Shown piece after piece: positions 21,907 to 31,937 of a stretch of 64,000 nt of DNA (positions are counted from its first letter, which is position 1; every line of letters starts with the position of its first letter). The stretch is from Verrucomicrobiota bacterium (lineage in GTDB: Bacteria; Verrucomicrobiota; Verrucomicrobiia; Chthoniobacterales; UBA10450), in NCBI GenBank assembly GCA_003219465.1, contig QHOX01000162.1, positions 4,500 through 68,499 on the forward strand, read 5' to 3'. The translations under genes were made by a program, and so were the position numbers. Below the pieces are notes generated by a model. That model saw only the letters and a list, made by a program, of their open reading frames with translations. It was not told the DNA's origin and did not search any database.

Positions 21907-24309
21907 GTGAGCAGGTGCGATTTACATATCCACTCGCGCCATAGTGCGCGCTCGGAAGAATGGCTTTTCCGCCGATTCGATTTTCCCGACAGCTATTCCG
22001 ATCCAAAACAGTTGTATGAACAGCTGCGCAAACGCGGAATGGATTACGTTACCATTACCGATCACGACTCGATCGCTGGCTGCCTGGAAATTGCACACCT
22101 GCCTCGGACTTTTATCAGCGAGCAGGTCACCACTTATTTTCCGCACGACGGCTGCAAGCTGCACATTTTACTGTGGGGAATTTCAGAGCAGCAGCATCAT
22201 GAAATCGAAAGGGTTTGTGAGAACATTTTCGATTTGCAGCGCTACCTGCAAGATGCGGAAATCGCGCACGCCGTCGCGCATCCGCTATACAGCGTGAACG
22301 GTAAACTCGAGGCAACGCATCTCGAGCAGCTCATCCTTCTGTTCAAACATTTTGAGGGCATAAACGGTTTGCGCGACGCTCTTCTGAGCGATCTGGCCCA
22401 GACTCTTTTCCACCAATTGACGCCGGAGAAGATCGACGAGCTCACAAATCGTCACGGGCTTGAGCCGACCCACCCCGAGCCGTGGAAAAAAATCCTCATC
22501 GGCGGCTCAGATGACCACGGCGGGCAATTCGTCGCCTCAGCTTTCACAGAAACGCCTGCTGCTGCTTCCGTGGAAAAATTTCTCCAGTTGATTCGCAACG
22601 GCGCTTGCAACGCATGCGGCCACGGCGGGACGCCATTGATCCTGTCGCACGGATTTTACAATACCGTCGCCCGCTTCATTCAGGATCGCTTCCACGAAAA
22701 GCTCGGCCCCGGTGGCGCGCTGCTGGAGAAAATGTTCTCGCGTTTCATGGAGGGCCGTGACCCGACTGAATTCACACTGAAGGAGAAAACGGAATTCGTC
22801 GTGCAAGGTGTTTTATCGGGAAAAATTTTCGAATTCGTCAAGCCCGCAAACGTATCGCTGTGGAAAGAGCTTTCCGGTTATTTCGCGCGGCCGGACGTGA
22901 AAGCGAAATTGGCCGCGCAACTGGACAAGGTGAGCGAACCGGAGCGGCGCACATTTCTCATGGCGAACATGGTCGCCGAGCAACTCGCGTTTCGCTTCTT
23001 CAACAAATTTGTTCAGCAAATCAGCAGCGGCAATATGGTGGAGAGCATGCAGGCTCTCAGCGCAATCGCGCCGATCCTGGTTATCCTGACGCCATACATC
23101 TACGGCTTTCACAGCCAGGCGCCCTCGCGAAAATGGCTGCGGACTGTTTTTAAGGAGTTGACCGGCGAAATCCCGCTTGCGTTGCAAAATCGCAAACGCG
23201 CCTGGTTCACTGACACGCTCGATGACGTCAATGGCGTGGCGACAACAATTCGGAAGATGACTGCCGCCGGAGCCGCTGCAGGAAAGGAACTCGTGGTCGT
23301 AGCTTCGCGAAGCGATCTGCACCTTACCGGCATCCCAATCAAAAACTTCCCGCCGATCGGCGAATTCGAGTTGCCCGAATACGAACTGCAAAAACTGAGT
23401 TTCCCGCCAATCCTCCAGATGTTGGATTACGTTCAGCGGGAAGGGTTCACCGAGATCATCATCAGTACACCCGGTCCGGTTGGACTAACCGCACTGCTTG
23501 CGGCCAAGATGCTCAACCTGCAAACCAGCGGCATTTATCACACCGATTTCCCGCAATACATCCGGATCCTCACTGAGGACGGTTTCCTCGAAAGCGTGGC
23601 GTGGCGTTACATGCATTGGTTCTATGGGCAGCTCGATACCGTTTTCGTTAACTCCGAGGAGTACCGGCAAAGCTGGATCAAGCGCGGATTCGATCCGGCA
23701 AAACTGAAAATTTTGCCGCGTGGCCTCGACACTGAACTGTTTCATCCGGCTCGACACGATTCAGTGTTCTTCGAAAAATTCGGCGCGCGCAACGGCGAAG
23801 TTCGCTTGATCTATGTGGGCCGCATCTCACGGGAGAAAGACCTCGATGTTTTGGCTGCCGCCTATCGCCGTCTGCGTAAGGAAGGACTGCCGGTTCAACT
23901 CTTTGTCGTCGGTCACGGCCCGTACTCCGATGCGTTGGCGAAGTCTCTGCCGGAAGCATTTTTCACGGGCTATCTCAGGGGCACAGAACTGGCCACGGCT
24001 TATGCGTCTGCTCACATCTTTGTGTTTCCCAGCACGACCGACACGTTCGGCAACGTCATTCTCGAAGCACAAGCGTCCGGATTGCCAGTTGTCGTTTCCG
24101 ATTCTGGTGGCCCGAAGGAATTAGTGGAGCACAAGGCAAACGGCCTGATCACCAAGTCGCATGATATCGAAGACTTCGCCCGTGCGATTCGAGCGCTCGT
24201 GACCGATGTTGCACTGCGGGAACGCATGGCAAAATCCGCTCGGAACAGTGTCACTCACCGAAGCTGGCCTAATGCCTTCGCGAAATTCTGGGCCGTGACC
24301 GAAGTGTAG
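21907..24309 (+). CDS. PHP-domain / GT4 glycosyltransferase fusion protein
   Basis: N-terminus CDLHIHSRHSARS..YVTITDHDSIAG (PHP metal motifs). C-terminus YVGRISREKDLDVL, FVFPSTTDTFGNVILEAQASGLPVVVSDSGGPKELV (GT4 E-x7-E region). GTG start 1 nt after the DUF2334 stop. Confidence 0.8.
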   Translation: MSRCDLHIHSRHSARSEEWLFRRFDFPDSYSDPKQLYEQLRKRGMDYVTITDHDSIAGCLEIAHLPRTFISEQVTTYFPHDGCKLHILLWGISEQQHHEIERVCENIFDLQRYLQDAEIAHAVAHPLYSVNGKLEATHLEQLILLFKHFEGINGLRDALLSDLAQTLFHQLTPEKIDELTNRHGLEPTHPEPWKKILIGGSDDHGGQFVASAFTETPAAASVEKFLQLIRNGACNACGHGGTPLILSHGFYNTVARFIQDRFHEKLGPGGALLEKMFSRFMEGRDPTEFTLKEKTEFVVQGVLSGKIFEFVKPANVSLWKELSGYFARPDVKAKLAAQLDKVSEPERRTFLMANMVAEQLAFRFFNKFVQQISSGNMVESMQALSAIAPILVILTPYIYGFHSQAPSRKWLRTVFKELTGEIPLALQNRKRAWFTDTLDDVNGVATTIRKMTAAGAAAGKELVVVASRSDLHLTGIPIKNFPPIGEFELPEYELQKLSFPPILQMLDYVQREGFTEIIISTPGPVGLTALLAAKMLNLQTSGIYHTDFPQYIRILTEDGFLESVAWRYMHWFYGQLDTVFVNSEEYRQSWIKRGFDPAKLKILPRGLDTELFHPARHDSVFFEKFGARNGEVRLIYVGRISREKDLDVLAAAYRRLRKEGLPVQLFVVGHGPYSDALAKSLPEAFFTGYLRGTELATAYASAHIFVFPSTTDTFGNVILEAQASGLPVVVSDSGGPKELVEHKANGLITKSHDIEDFARAIRALVTDVALRERMAKSARNSVTHRSWPNAFAKFWAVTEV

Positions 24310-24358
24310 CCTCCTGCCTTAACGCTTCAACCCATCACCAGTTCAACGCGATGCTGTT

Positions 24359-24934
24359 TTAGCGACCGTGGCCGCCACCATGGCCCATTGAGCCCATGCC
24401 ACGAGATTCACTCATGTGTCCCATTGAACGCGTGCCGTGAGATCCGCTGAATCCGGATCTAAAGCTCGAGCCATGACCGACGCCTCGTGTAGCACTCGTC
24501 CTGGTGCTATGGCTCCTGCCAATATTCGTAGCGCGTTTGCCACGGACTGCCGTAGCACTCTTGCCCCGAACAGTTGTGGCGCTCTTGCCGTGAACCGCCT
24601 GAGTGTTCTGCGCATGCATCGTTGCCTGGCTCGACCGGTGAGCGTCGCTCACGAGCCTGCCTAGGTTTAGCCCGTTATCGTGCGCAATTTTTCCCCAGCC
24701 TTGCCCGGCTTGATGCAGCGCGACGATGTTGTAGAAACTGTGGCCAGTGGCGTTCGCCACCAAATGCGCCTTCTCCAAGCTGCCCCAGCCAAGTCCAGTT
24801 GATGCTCTCTCAGCTTGCAACGTGGCGATGGGAACTCCGGTTGCAGCCGACATTCTGTCCAGGTTCTGCGCACGAGAGGTCCCTGCGCCGAACAAAAGAA
24901 GGAATGCCGCTACGATTACACTTAACCCTTTCAT
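24359..24934 (-). CDS. secreted hypothetical protein with His/Gly/Ser/Arg-rich tail
   Basis: Signal peptide MKGLSVIVAAFLLLFGAGTSRA. Tail with HGKSATTVRGKSATAVRGKRAT repeats and ...GMGSMGHGGGHGR. Confidence 0.5.
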   Translation of the reverse strand: MKGLSVIVAAFLLLFGAGTSRAQNLDRMSAATGVPIATLQAERASTGLGWGSLEKAHLVANATGHSFYNIVALHQAGQGWGKIAHDNGLNLGRLVSDAHRSSQATMHAQNTQAVHGKSATTVRGKSATAVRGKRATNIGRSHSTRTSATRGVGHGSSFRSGFSGSHGTRSMGHMSESRGMGSMGHGGGHGR

Positions 24935-25046
24935 ACCTGATTAGACTCCTTACGAGTACAAATTTCGGTTCTGATGCGACCGATGGTTCCCTGACGGCGG
25001 ATATTTTGGATTTGTTCCGGCATCCTTGATGCCGGCCCCGCCGGGA

Positions 25047-26021
25047 TCACCGATCCCGGCTACAGTTCCACGGCAACGCGTCCAAATCGATATTGCCGCC
25101 GGTGAGAATGATGCCGACGCGTTTTCCCGAGACGGCAATTTTGTTTTGCATGATCGAGGCATAAGGCACCGCCGCTGATGGTTCGATTACGATCTTCATC
25201 GTCTCCCAAATCGTGCGCATCGCCGAAGCGATTGCTTCCTCACTTACAGTCACGATGTCGTCCACACATTGCTGAATGATCGCAAAGTTTGGTTCGCCGA
25301 TATTTGTGCGCAGGCCATCTGCGATGGTGAACTTCTTTTCAGTCACCAGCCGTCGCCCTGCACGAAATGATTGCGCTGCATCATCGGCATTCTCAGGTTC
25401 GACCGCGATCACTTTGATCTGCGGCCGCATCGATTTTGCGGCGATCGCTGTGCCCGACAACAGACCGCCACCGCCGACCGGGCACATGATCACATCAAGG
25501 TCAGGAAGATCTTCGAGAAGTTCCATTGCTGCTGTCCCCTGCCCTGCTACCACGTGCTCATTTTCAAATGAGTGAATCAACGCCGCGCCGGTTTGGTTGA
25601 TCACCTCTGCGCATTTGATCTCACGCGACTCCTCTGTCGGTTCACAAAAGACAACCTGTGCACCGTAGCTCTCCACTGCGCGAATCTTCACTTTCGCCGA
25701 GTTTGAGGGCATCACGATGTGGGCCGGGATTGCGCGCAATTTCGCCGCTCTTGCCACCGCGGCACCATGATTACCGGAAGAATGCGTTGCCACGCCGCAT
25801 CGCGCAGTTTCGTCATCAAGGGCAAAAACGGCATTAGTTGCACCCCGTGCCTTGAAAGCACCGACCTTCTGAAAATTCTCGCACTTAAAAAATAGGGACG
25901 CCCTGCACGCGTCATTCAGCCACGAATTCGTCAGCACCGGCGTGCGATGAACGTGTGGACGAATCCGTTCGTGCGCTGCGCGGATCGTATCCAGGTTGAG
26001 TGATCCAACTAGTTCGACCAT
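25047..26021 (-). CDS. PLP-dependent serine/threonine dehydratase family protein
   Basis: FKCENFQKVGAFKARGATNAV (PLP Lys), HSSGNHGAAVA and CPVGGGGLLSG. Confidence 0.85.
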   Translation of the reverse strand: MVELVGSLNLDTIRAAHERIRPHVHRTPVLTNSWLNDACRASLFFKCENFQKVGAFKARGATNAVFALDDETARCGVATHSSGNHGAAVARAAKLRAIPAHIVMPSNSAKVKIRAVESYGAQVVFCEPTEESREIKCAEVINQTGAALIHSFENEHVVAGQGTAAMELLEDLPDLDVIMCPVGGGGLLSGTAIAAKSMRPQIKVIAVEPENADDAAQSFRAGRRLVTEKKFTIADGLRTNIGEPNFAIIQQCVDDIVTVSEEAIASAMRTIWETMKIVIEPSAAVPYASIMQNKIAVSGKRVGIILTGGNIDLDALPWNCSRDR

Positions 26022-26719
26022 CCGAAAAAAGCGTCGATAACCCCGAATGTGTCAATGAATCCGTGAGCGAAAATGCTGGCCCACAGGTTGCGACCGGCGA
26101 GCATGTAAGCGGTTCCCAAGATCAGTCCTGCAACGCCGGAATCAACCACACCAGATGCGCCTTTGTAATAATGCCCGTACCCAAACAAGATCGAAACGAG
26201 CACAATCCCGATCCAGTAAGCCGCTGCTGATCGCCTTCCAATATCAGCTGCACGCGTCAGGAGATATCCGCGGTACGCGATCTCTTCGCCAAAAGCGGCA
26301 AACGTCCACACCAGCAACAAAGCAACCAATGCGATCTTCACGTTGCCGCTGATCTCGTTCGCCAGTGCCGGCGCGGTCGGCTTAGGCCAGAAAAAGCCGA
26401 TCACAGGTTCGATCAAGAATTGTCCCACGAGGATGCGCAATGCGGCAGCTGCCATTGCAATTAGAAGGAGCCGCCGCCAGGACCCTGGTCTTTTGAATCC
26501 CATCCCAGACCATCGGCCATCGCGAAGCCGGATCGAGATCAATCCCAACACGGAAAGGATGATCACTTCGTTTGGCACGATGTGAAAAACGTTATGGCCG
26601 ATCACAATGAAAGCGCCGAAAAGGAATTCCAACGCGCTTAGCACCCGTGAAGCTAACGGATTATCCGAAGGAAACGGAATGGTCGGCGAGAGCAGAATCG
26701 AAGACGATTTACTTTTCAT
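26009..26719 (-). CDS. CPBP family intramembrane glutamic endopeptidase
   Basis: Multi-TM protein with FGEEIAYRGYL, FGYGHYY and IFAHGFID motifs. Confidence 0.8.
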   Translation of the reverse strand: MKSKSSSILLSPTIPFPSDNPLASRVLSALEFLFGAFIVIGHNVFHIVPNEVIILSVLGLISIRLRDGRWSGMGFKRPGSWRRLLLIAMAAAALRILVGQFLIEPVIGFFWPKPTAPALANEISGNVKIALVALLLVWTFAAFGEEIAYRGYLLTRAADIGRRSAAAYWIGIVLVSILFGYGHYYKGASGVVDSGVAGLILGTAYMLAGRNLWASIFAHGFIDTFGVIDAFFGWSN

Positions 26720-26771
26720 CTTCGTTTGTGATGCGGCCTACGCTCGATCAGATTCAGCGACAGCAAACTCT

Positions 26772-27989
26772 TTATCCCGCGGTGGGGCTATGAAAATGCT
26801 CCGGGCGCGGGCCGATGCCGATAAAGCCGGCGGGAATCTGTCGCAAAACCGGGAACCATTTCAGCAGGCGAACCACGAAGGGCAATGACTCTTTGCAATC
26901 TGACGATCGGCCAGTGACGACGTGGCGATGAATGAAAACCTGCATTCCTTGGATGAGCCGCGTCGGCCACTCACGGCGCGCCTGCACTTTGCGCAAATCG
27001 CCAACCGAAACTGCACCACTCCGCAGTTTCTCCGCGAGTAGATTGGCGGTCGCGACGGCATCCTGAATGGCAAGATTAATGCCAACGCCGCCAGCCGGTG
27101 ACATGGCGTGCGCGGAATCCCCAATGCAGACCAAGCCCTCGCGGCACCAATCGCGCAGACGATTGATTTGAACTGTAAGTAATTTAATTTTTGACCAATC
27201 ATCCAATTCGGTCACTCGATCGCGCAGAAATCCGGCGAAGCTGACGATGTCATTTTGAAGCTGAGGCAGACCACGCGCTTTGATCTCGTCGAAGCCGCCT
27301 TTTGGAATAACGAAGCCACACTGCCAGTAATCGCCGCGATCAAGCAGCACCAGCAGCTTGCCGTGTTGGAAAAAGCCGAGTGTTTGTCCTGGATCGTTGG
27401 GCTTTTTGGAGATGCGCATCCAGAGCGCATCGATTGGCACGCCGAACTCGCGCCGCTGAAAACCGGCGCGTGATTGAATTATCGAGTTGCGACCGTCGGC
27501 GCCAATAACGAGATCCGCCCGCACATCCAAATCGCCGCGAGGCGTTCTGGCACGCACACCTGTCACTCGGCGGTTGTCGATGAGCAGATCCACGACCTCG
27601 GTTTCCATGTGCAAATGGAAGGTCGCAAAACTCGTGGCTTCACGGGAAAGGAAATTCAGAAAATCCCACTGCGGCATGAAAGCGATGAATTTGCAGCGCG
27701 TGGGGAGCTTCGTGAAATCGGCGATTGGCACAGTCTGGCCGTTGATGACCGCGCGTAGTTCTCGTACTTCCTGATGCGGCTGCTTTAGGAACTCATCGAG
27801 CAATCCGAGCTCGTACATCAATTCTAGTGTGGACGGATGAATAGTGTCGCCGCGGAAATCGCGAAAGAAATCGGCGTGTTTTTCCAGAACGATGACGGGC
27901 ACGCCCGCTCGCGCGAGCAAGTAGCCAGCCATGATGCCCGCTGGTCCACCGCCTGCGATCACACAGCGTGTTTGCAGTTTTTCAGCCAT
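26772..27989 (-). CDS. FAD-dependent monooxygenase
   Basis: CVIAGGGPAGIMAGYLLARAGVPVIVLEKH (dinucleotide fold), ADGRNS and GDSAHAMSPAGGVGINLAIQDA. Confidence 0.8.
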   Translation of the reverse strand: MAEKLQTRCVIAGGGPAGIMAGYLLARAGVPVIVLEKHADFFRDFRGDTIHPSTLELMYELGLLDEFLKQPHQEVRELRAVINGQTVPIADFTKLPTRCKFIAFMPQWDFLNFLSREATSFATFHLHMETEVVDLLIDNRRVTGVRARTPRGDLDVRADLVIGADGRNSIIQSRAGFQRREFGVPIDALWMRISKKPNDPGQTLGFFQHGKLLVLLDRGDYWQCGFVIPKGGFDEIKARGLPQLQNDIVSFAGFLRDRVTELDDWSKIKLLTVQINRLRDWCREGLVCIGDSAHAMSPAGGVGINLAIQDAVATANLLAEKLRSGAVSVGDLRKVQARREWPTRLIQGMQVFIHRHVVTGRSSDCKESLPFVVRLLKWFPVLRQIPAGFIGIGPRPEHFHSPTAG

Positions 27990-28020
27990 GCTATTTCAAT
28001 CCAATACGACTCAAATAAGA

Positions 28021-28863
28021 ATGAAAGCAAACATACTGGAGAATGTGCAAGCTCGCGCTGTGTTTACCTATAACGCGGCGGCGGATTTCTACGACACATC
28101 GCCACTCAGTTTCTGGGATTATTTCGGACGTCGAACGATCGAACTGGCTTCGCTTAGGATTGGTTCGCGAGTGCTCGATGTTTGTTGCGGGACTGGAGCT
28201 TCTGCTCTGCCAGCTGCGGAGGCAGTCGGACCGATGGGAAACGTCATTGGAGTTGACCTCGCCAAAGAGCTTTTGGAGTTAGCGCGGACGAAAGCAACTC
28301 AACGAAATCTTGCCAACATCGAGTTCAAAGTCGGCGATATGCTCTCGATGAGGTTTCCAGTCGCGAGTTTTGATGCCGTGTTGTGCGTGTTCGGAATTTT
28401 CTTTGTGCCTGATATGGCAACGGCTGTGAGCGAACTCTGGAGTCGCATTCGACCGGGCGGCAAACTGGCAGTGACCACCTGGGGACCCAATCTGTTCGAG
28501 CCGGCGAATGACGCATTCTGGTGCTCGATCAAGGATGTACGGCCTGATTTGTACAAAGGCTTCAATCCATGGGACCGAATCGACGATCAAGCAAGCCTGA
28601 GAAAGATTTTCAACGAAGCTGGCGTCGCATCACCAAAAATCGCTGCTGAAAATCGCCTTCATCCCATTAAGTCGGCTGAGGATTGGTGGACAATTGTTTT
28701 AGGCTCCGGCTTTCGCGGAACAATCGAACAGTTAAACCTGGCAGACCAACAAAAGGTCAAAGAAGCTAACCTGGCTTTTATTCGCGATGAAAAGATTTCA
28801 GCCGTTGAGACAAATGTCTTCTACGCACTCGCGACGAAACCTCAAACTGCGAACTTCAAATGA
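28021..28863 (+). CDS. class I SAM-dependent methyltransferase
   Basis: VLDVCCGTGASALPAAE (motif I), GVDLAKELL and FDAVLCVFGIFF. ATG at 28021. Confidence 0.8.
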   Translation: MKANILENVQARAVFTYNAAADFYDTSPLSFWDYFGRRTIELASLRIGSRVLDVCCGTGASALPAAEAVGPMGNVIGVDLAKELLELARTKATQRNLANIEFKVGDMLSMRFPVASFDAVLCVFGIFFVPDMATAVSELWSRIRPGGKLAVTTWGPNLFEPANDAFWCSIKDVRPDLYKGFNPWDRIDDQASLRKIFNEAGVASPKIAAENRLHPIKSAEDWWTIVLGSGFRGTIEQLNLADQQKVKEANLAFIRDEKISAVETNVFYALATKPQTANFK

Positions 28864-29786
28864 AAACTGATCAGCCGTTTTTCCTCAACGAAGAACAAGT
28901 TCGAGAGTATCTCCGGATGACTGAGTTGATTCCGGCGATGGAGAAAGCGCTGGTCGATTTCTCTGCCGGCAAGGTGACTCAACCGGTGCGCTCGATCATA
29001 TCTGTCGATGTCGCCGCGGCGACCGGATTTCTGGGCTTGATGCCGGCGCTCACGCCGGATGGACTCGGATTGAAAGCAGTAACGTTCTACCCATCAAACG
29101 CGGAGCGCGGAATCCCGACACACATGGCCACGATTTTTCTTGTCGATCCACAAACTGGAACGCCACTCGCGATAATAGACGGGCGGTTAATTACCGAAAT
29201 GAGAACCGCCGCTGTATCTGCCGCGGCGACGAAACTGCTCGCATCGCCTGATGCTAAAGTCCTCGCCATTCTCGGCAGCGGGGTGCAAGCGCGCAGCCAT
29301 GTCGAAGCTCTGCGGCTCGTTAGGCAATTTGAGGAGATTCGCGTCTGGAGTCCGACGTTTGAACACGCAAAGCGGTTCGCAAACGAAATTGGCGCGACAG
29401 CAATGTCCGCCGAAGAAGCGGTACGCGGCGCAGATGTAATCGTAACTGTGACTAGTTCGAAAACGCCGATCCTGAACGGAGACTGGTTGAAAGGCGGCTC
29501 GCATGTAAATGCAATCGGAGCCTGCCGGCCGGACTGGCGTGAGCTCGATGATGGAGCGATGCAAAAGGCTGTCGTATTCGTCGATTCGCGTGAAGGCGCG
29601 CTAAGGGAATCTGGTGACGTAATGCTTTCTGGAGCGAAAATCTATGCCGAATTGGGCGAGGTGCTGGCCGGCAAAGTTCCAGCGCGGGCACACGAAGCGA
29701 CGATCTTCAAATCGTTAGGTATGGCGGTGGAAGATATTGCTGCGGCGATGCTCGTTTATCGATCAGCGACCTCAGCGTCACTGTAG
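28860..29786 (+). CDS. ornithine cyclodeaminase / mu-crystallin family protein
   Basis: VLAILGSGVQARSHVEAL (NAD fold), VTVTSS and HVNAIGA. ATGA overlap with the methyltransferase. Confidence 0.8.
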   Translation: MKTDQPFFLNEEQVREYLRMTELIPAMEKALVDFSAGKVTQPVRSIISVDVAAATGFLGLMPALTPDGLGLKAVTFYPSNAERGIPTHMATIFLVDPQTGTPLAIIDGRLITEMRTAAVSAAATKLLASPDAKVLAILGSGVQARSHVEALRLVRQFEEIRVWSPTFEHAKRFANEIGATAMSAEEAVRGADVIVTVTSSKTPILNGDWLKGGSHVNAIGACRPDWRELDDGAMQKAVVFVDSREGALRESGDVMLSGAKIYAELGEVLAGKVPARAHEATIFKSLGMAVEDIAAAMLVYRSATSASL

Positions 29787-29846
29787 CGCGACCGCTTCGG
29801 TTGCCTGCTTGCCCCGGAAAGCGGAGCTCTTGCCCTCCAACCGCAG

Positions 29847-31838
29847 ATGACGGAACAGTTGGCAGCAATGCCAGCTGACGTTAAAAAGCCAAATCCGAAA
29901 ATCGAGCGTGCGGTTGCTCAGGGGCAACTGATCGCATCATCGGCAAAGAACATTCGCACACTGCTCGAAGGCGCAGGGTCAGATATCTATTTTCGATCGG
30001 TCAACGAACTCGTCGATGCCGCTGAGTGGCAGGAACTAAACGACCGGTTTTACCAGACACTTGCATTTGGCACGGGTGGGCTGCGCGGGCGCACTATCGG
30101 GAAGATCGTCACGACTGCGGAACGCGGCAATGCGCGCGAAGGCGAGCGACCTCAATTCCCGTGCGTCGGCACGAATGCGATGAACTTTTTTAACATCAAC
30201 CGGGCGACGCGCGGATTTGTCGCTTACCTGCAGGAGTGGAACCGGCGCGAGCGAACTTCGACGAAGTCAAAAATCGTGATCGCGCATGATCCGCGATTTT
30301 TCTCGAAAGAATTCGCCGAGTTGGCGGCGAAAGTCGCAGCCGAAAACGGTTGCGACGCGTATGTGTTCGATGATCCGCGTTCTGTCCCGGAGCTTTCGTT
30401 TGCCGTTCGCCATCTGCACGCAAATGCCGGGATCGTAATCACCGCGAGCCATAACCCGCCTCACGACAACGGCTACAAAGTTTATTTCGACGACGGCGGG
30501 CAGGTGATCGACCCACACGCCAGCGGGATCATTGCCAAAGTGAACGCGATCACGACCGAGTCATTAACGCCGCTTCCTAAAGAGCAACAAGGAAAAGTGA
30601 CGGTTATCGGAAAAGACATCGACCAGGCTTACATGCGCCGGCTCGAAACGTTGATCCTCGATCCGCGAGTAATTCGCGAGGCGAAATCGCTGCGGACTGT
30701 TTACACGCCATTGCACGGAACCGGCAGCGTAATCATCAAACCAATGCTGACCCGACTCGGCTTCAATTTCCAAGTCGTGCCGGAGCAGGATTGTTTTGAT
30801 GGTCGGTTTCCAACGGTGAAGTCGCCCAACCCGGAATACGGCGAAGCGCTAACTATGGCGATCAACCTTGCCGAAAGAGAGAACGCGGACCTGGTCGCCG
30901 CGTCTGATCCGGACTGCGATCGCATGGGTGTGGCCATTCGAAACAAGGACGGCAAGATGAAATTGCTGAGTGGAAACCAAATCGGCTCGCTGCTGACATG
31001 GTATAGAATCAAGACGTTGTTCGACAAAGGCGTGCTGAACAAGCAAAACGCAGCGCGCGCCGTCATAATCAAAACTTTCGTCACTACCGATCTGCAAAAT
31101 GCGATCGCCAATCATTACGGCGTGCGCTGTGTGGAGACGTTAACTGGTTTTAAGTACATCGGCGCGAAGCTGGCAAATTACGAGCGCGCGATCCCCGAAC
31201 AACTGCGACAGAGTTATGCCGATCTCGCGGAAAACGAAACGCGGCGGCTTCGGCTCGCATACTCTTCATTTTACGTTTTCGGTGGCGAAGAAAGCTACGG
31301 TTACAGCGGCGCTGATTTTGTTCGCGACAAGGACGGCAACGGCGCAGTAATCATGTTTTGTGAAGTGGCCGCGTACGCGAAGTCGCATGGACAATCTGTC
31401 GATCAGTTGCTCGACGAAATCTATTCGCAGTTCGGTTATTTTGCGGAGAAAACCAGTTCGCTCGTTTTCGAAGGCGCGGAGGGAGCAAACAAGATCGCCA
31501 GTCTGATGAAATCATACGCGGCTGATCCGGTCCGTGAAATACTCGGCTTAAGAGTGGCGAACATTAGAAATTTTGAGACGGATGCGATCAGGGACGTCGA
31601 AGGCGATCTGATTCCAAACACGAAAATGTTGATGTTTGACTTGGAAGACGGCACGCGCATCGCGGTGCGTCCGTCGGGCACAGAGCCGAAAATAAAGTAT
31701 TACCTTTTTGCGCGCCGGCAGCCAGAAAGCGAACGATTCACCAGCGCCGACCTCGACCGAATCAAACCGGCAGTTGAAAAACAACTGGAGGATCTCTGGA
31801 GTTGGCTGCGAAAGGATGCCGAGTCGCGGCTGCGATAG
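29847..31838 (+). CDS. phospho-sugar mutase (phosphoglucomutase/phosphomannomutase family)
   Basis: GIVITASHNPPHDNGYKVY (phosphoserine loop), ASDPDCDRMG, GGEESYGY and RPSGTEPKIK. Confidence 0.9.
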   Translation: MTEQLAAMPADVKKPNPKIERAVAQGQLIASSAKNIRTLLEGAGSDIYFRSVNELVDAAEWQELNDRFYQTLAFGTGGLRGRTIGKIVTTAERGNAREGERPQFPCVGTNAMNFFNINRATRGFVAYLQEWNRRERTSTKSKIVIAHDPRFFSKEFAELAAKVAAENGCDAYVFDDPRSVPELSFAVRHLHANAGIVITASHNPPHDNGYKVYFDDGGQVIDPHASGIIAKVNAITTESLTPLPKEQQGKVTVIGKDIDQAYMRRLETLILDPRVIREAKSLRTVYTPLHGTGSVIIKPMLTRLGFNFQVVPEQDCFDGRFPTVKSPNPEYGEALTMAINLAERENADLVAASDPDCDRMGVAIRNKDGKMKLLSGNQIGSLLTWYRIKTLFDKGVLNKQNAARAVIIKTFVTTDLQNAIANHYGVRCVETLTGFKYIGAKLANYERAIPEQLRQSYADLAENETRRLRLAYSSFYVFGGEESYGYSGADFVRDKDGNGAVIMFCEVAAYAKSHGQSVDQLLDEIYSQFGYFAEKTSSLVFEGAEGANKIASLMKSYAADPVREILGLRVANIRNFETDAIRDVEGDLIPNTKMLMFDLEDGTRIAVRPSGTEPKIKYYLFARRQPESERFTSADLDRIKPAVEKQLEDLWSWLRKDAESRLR

Positions 31839-31875
31839 TCTGAGCTGAAAACTCCAAGCTCCAGACATGCAATTT

Positions 31876-31895
31876 TCATCCTGAGCGAAGTGAAG
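31876..31895. repeat. half-site of the interspersed repeat family (TCATCCTGAGCGAAGTGAAG)
   Basis: Similarity to 17760, 20337 and 54638. Lies just upstream of lnt. Confidence 0.5.
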
Positions 31896-31937
31896 TTGGG
31901 GTTTGGAGCTTGCGACCTTAGGCTTCGAGCGCATCCC

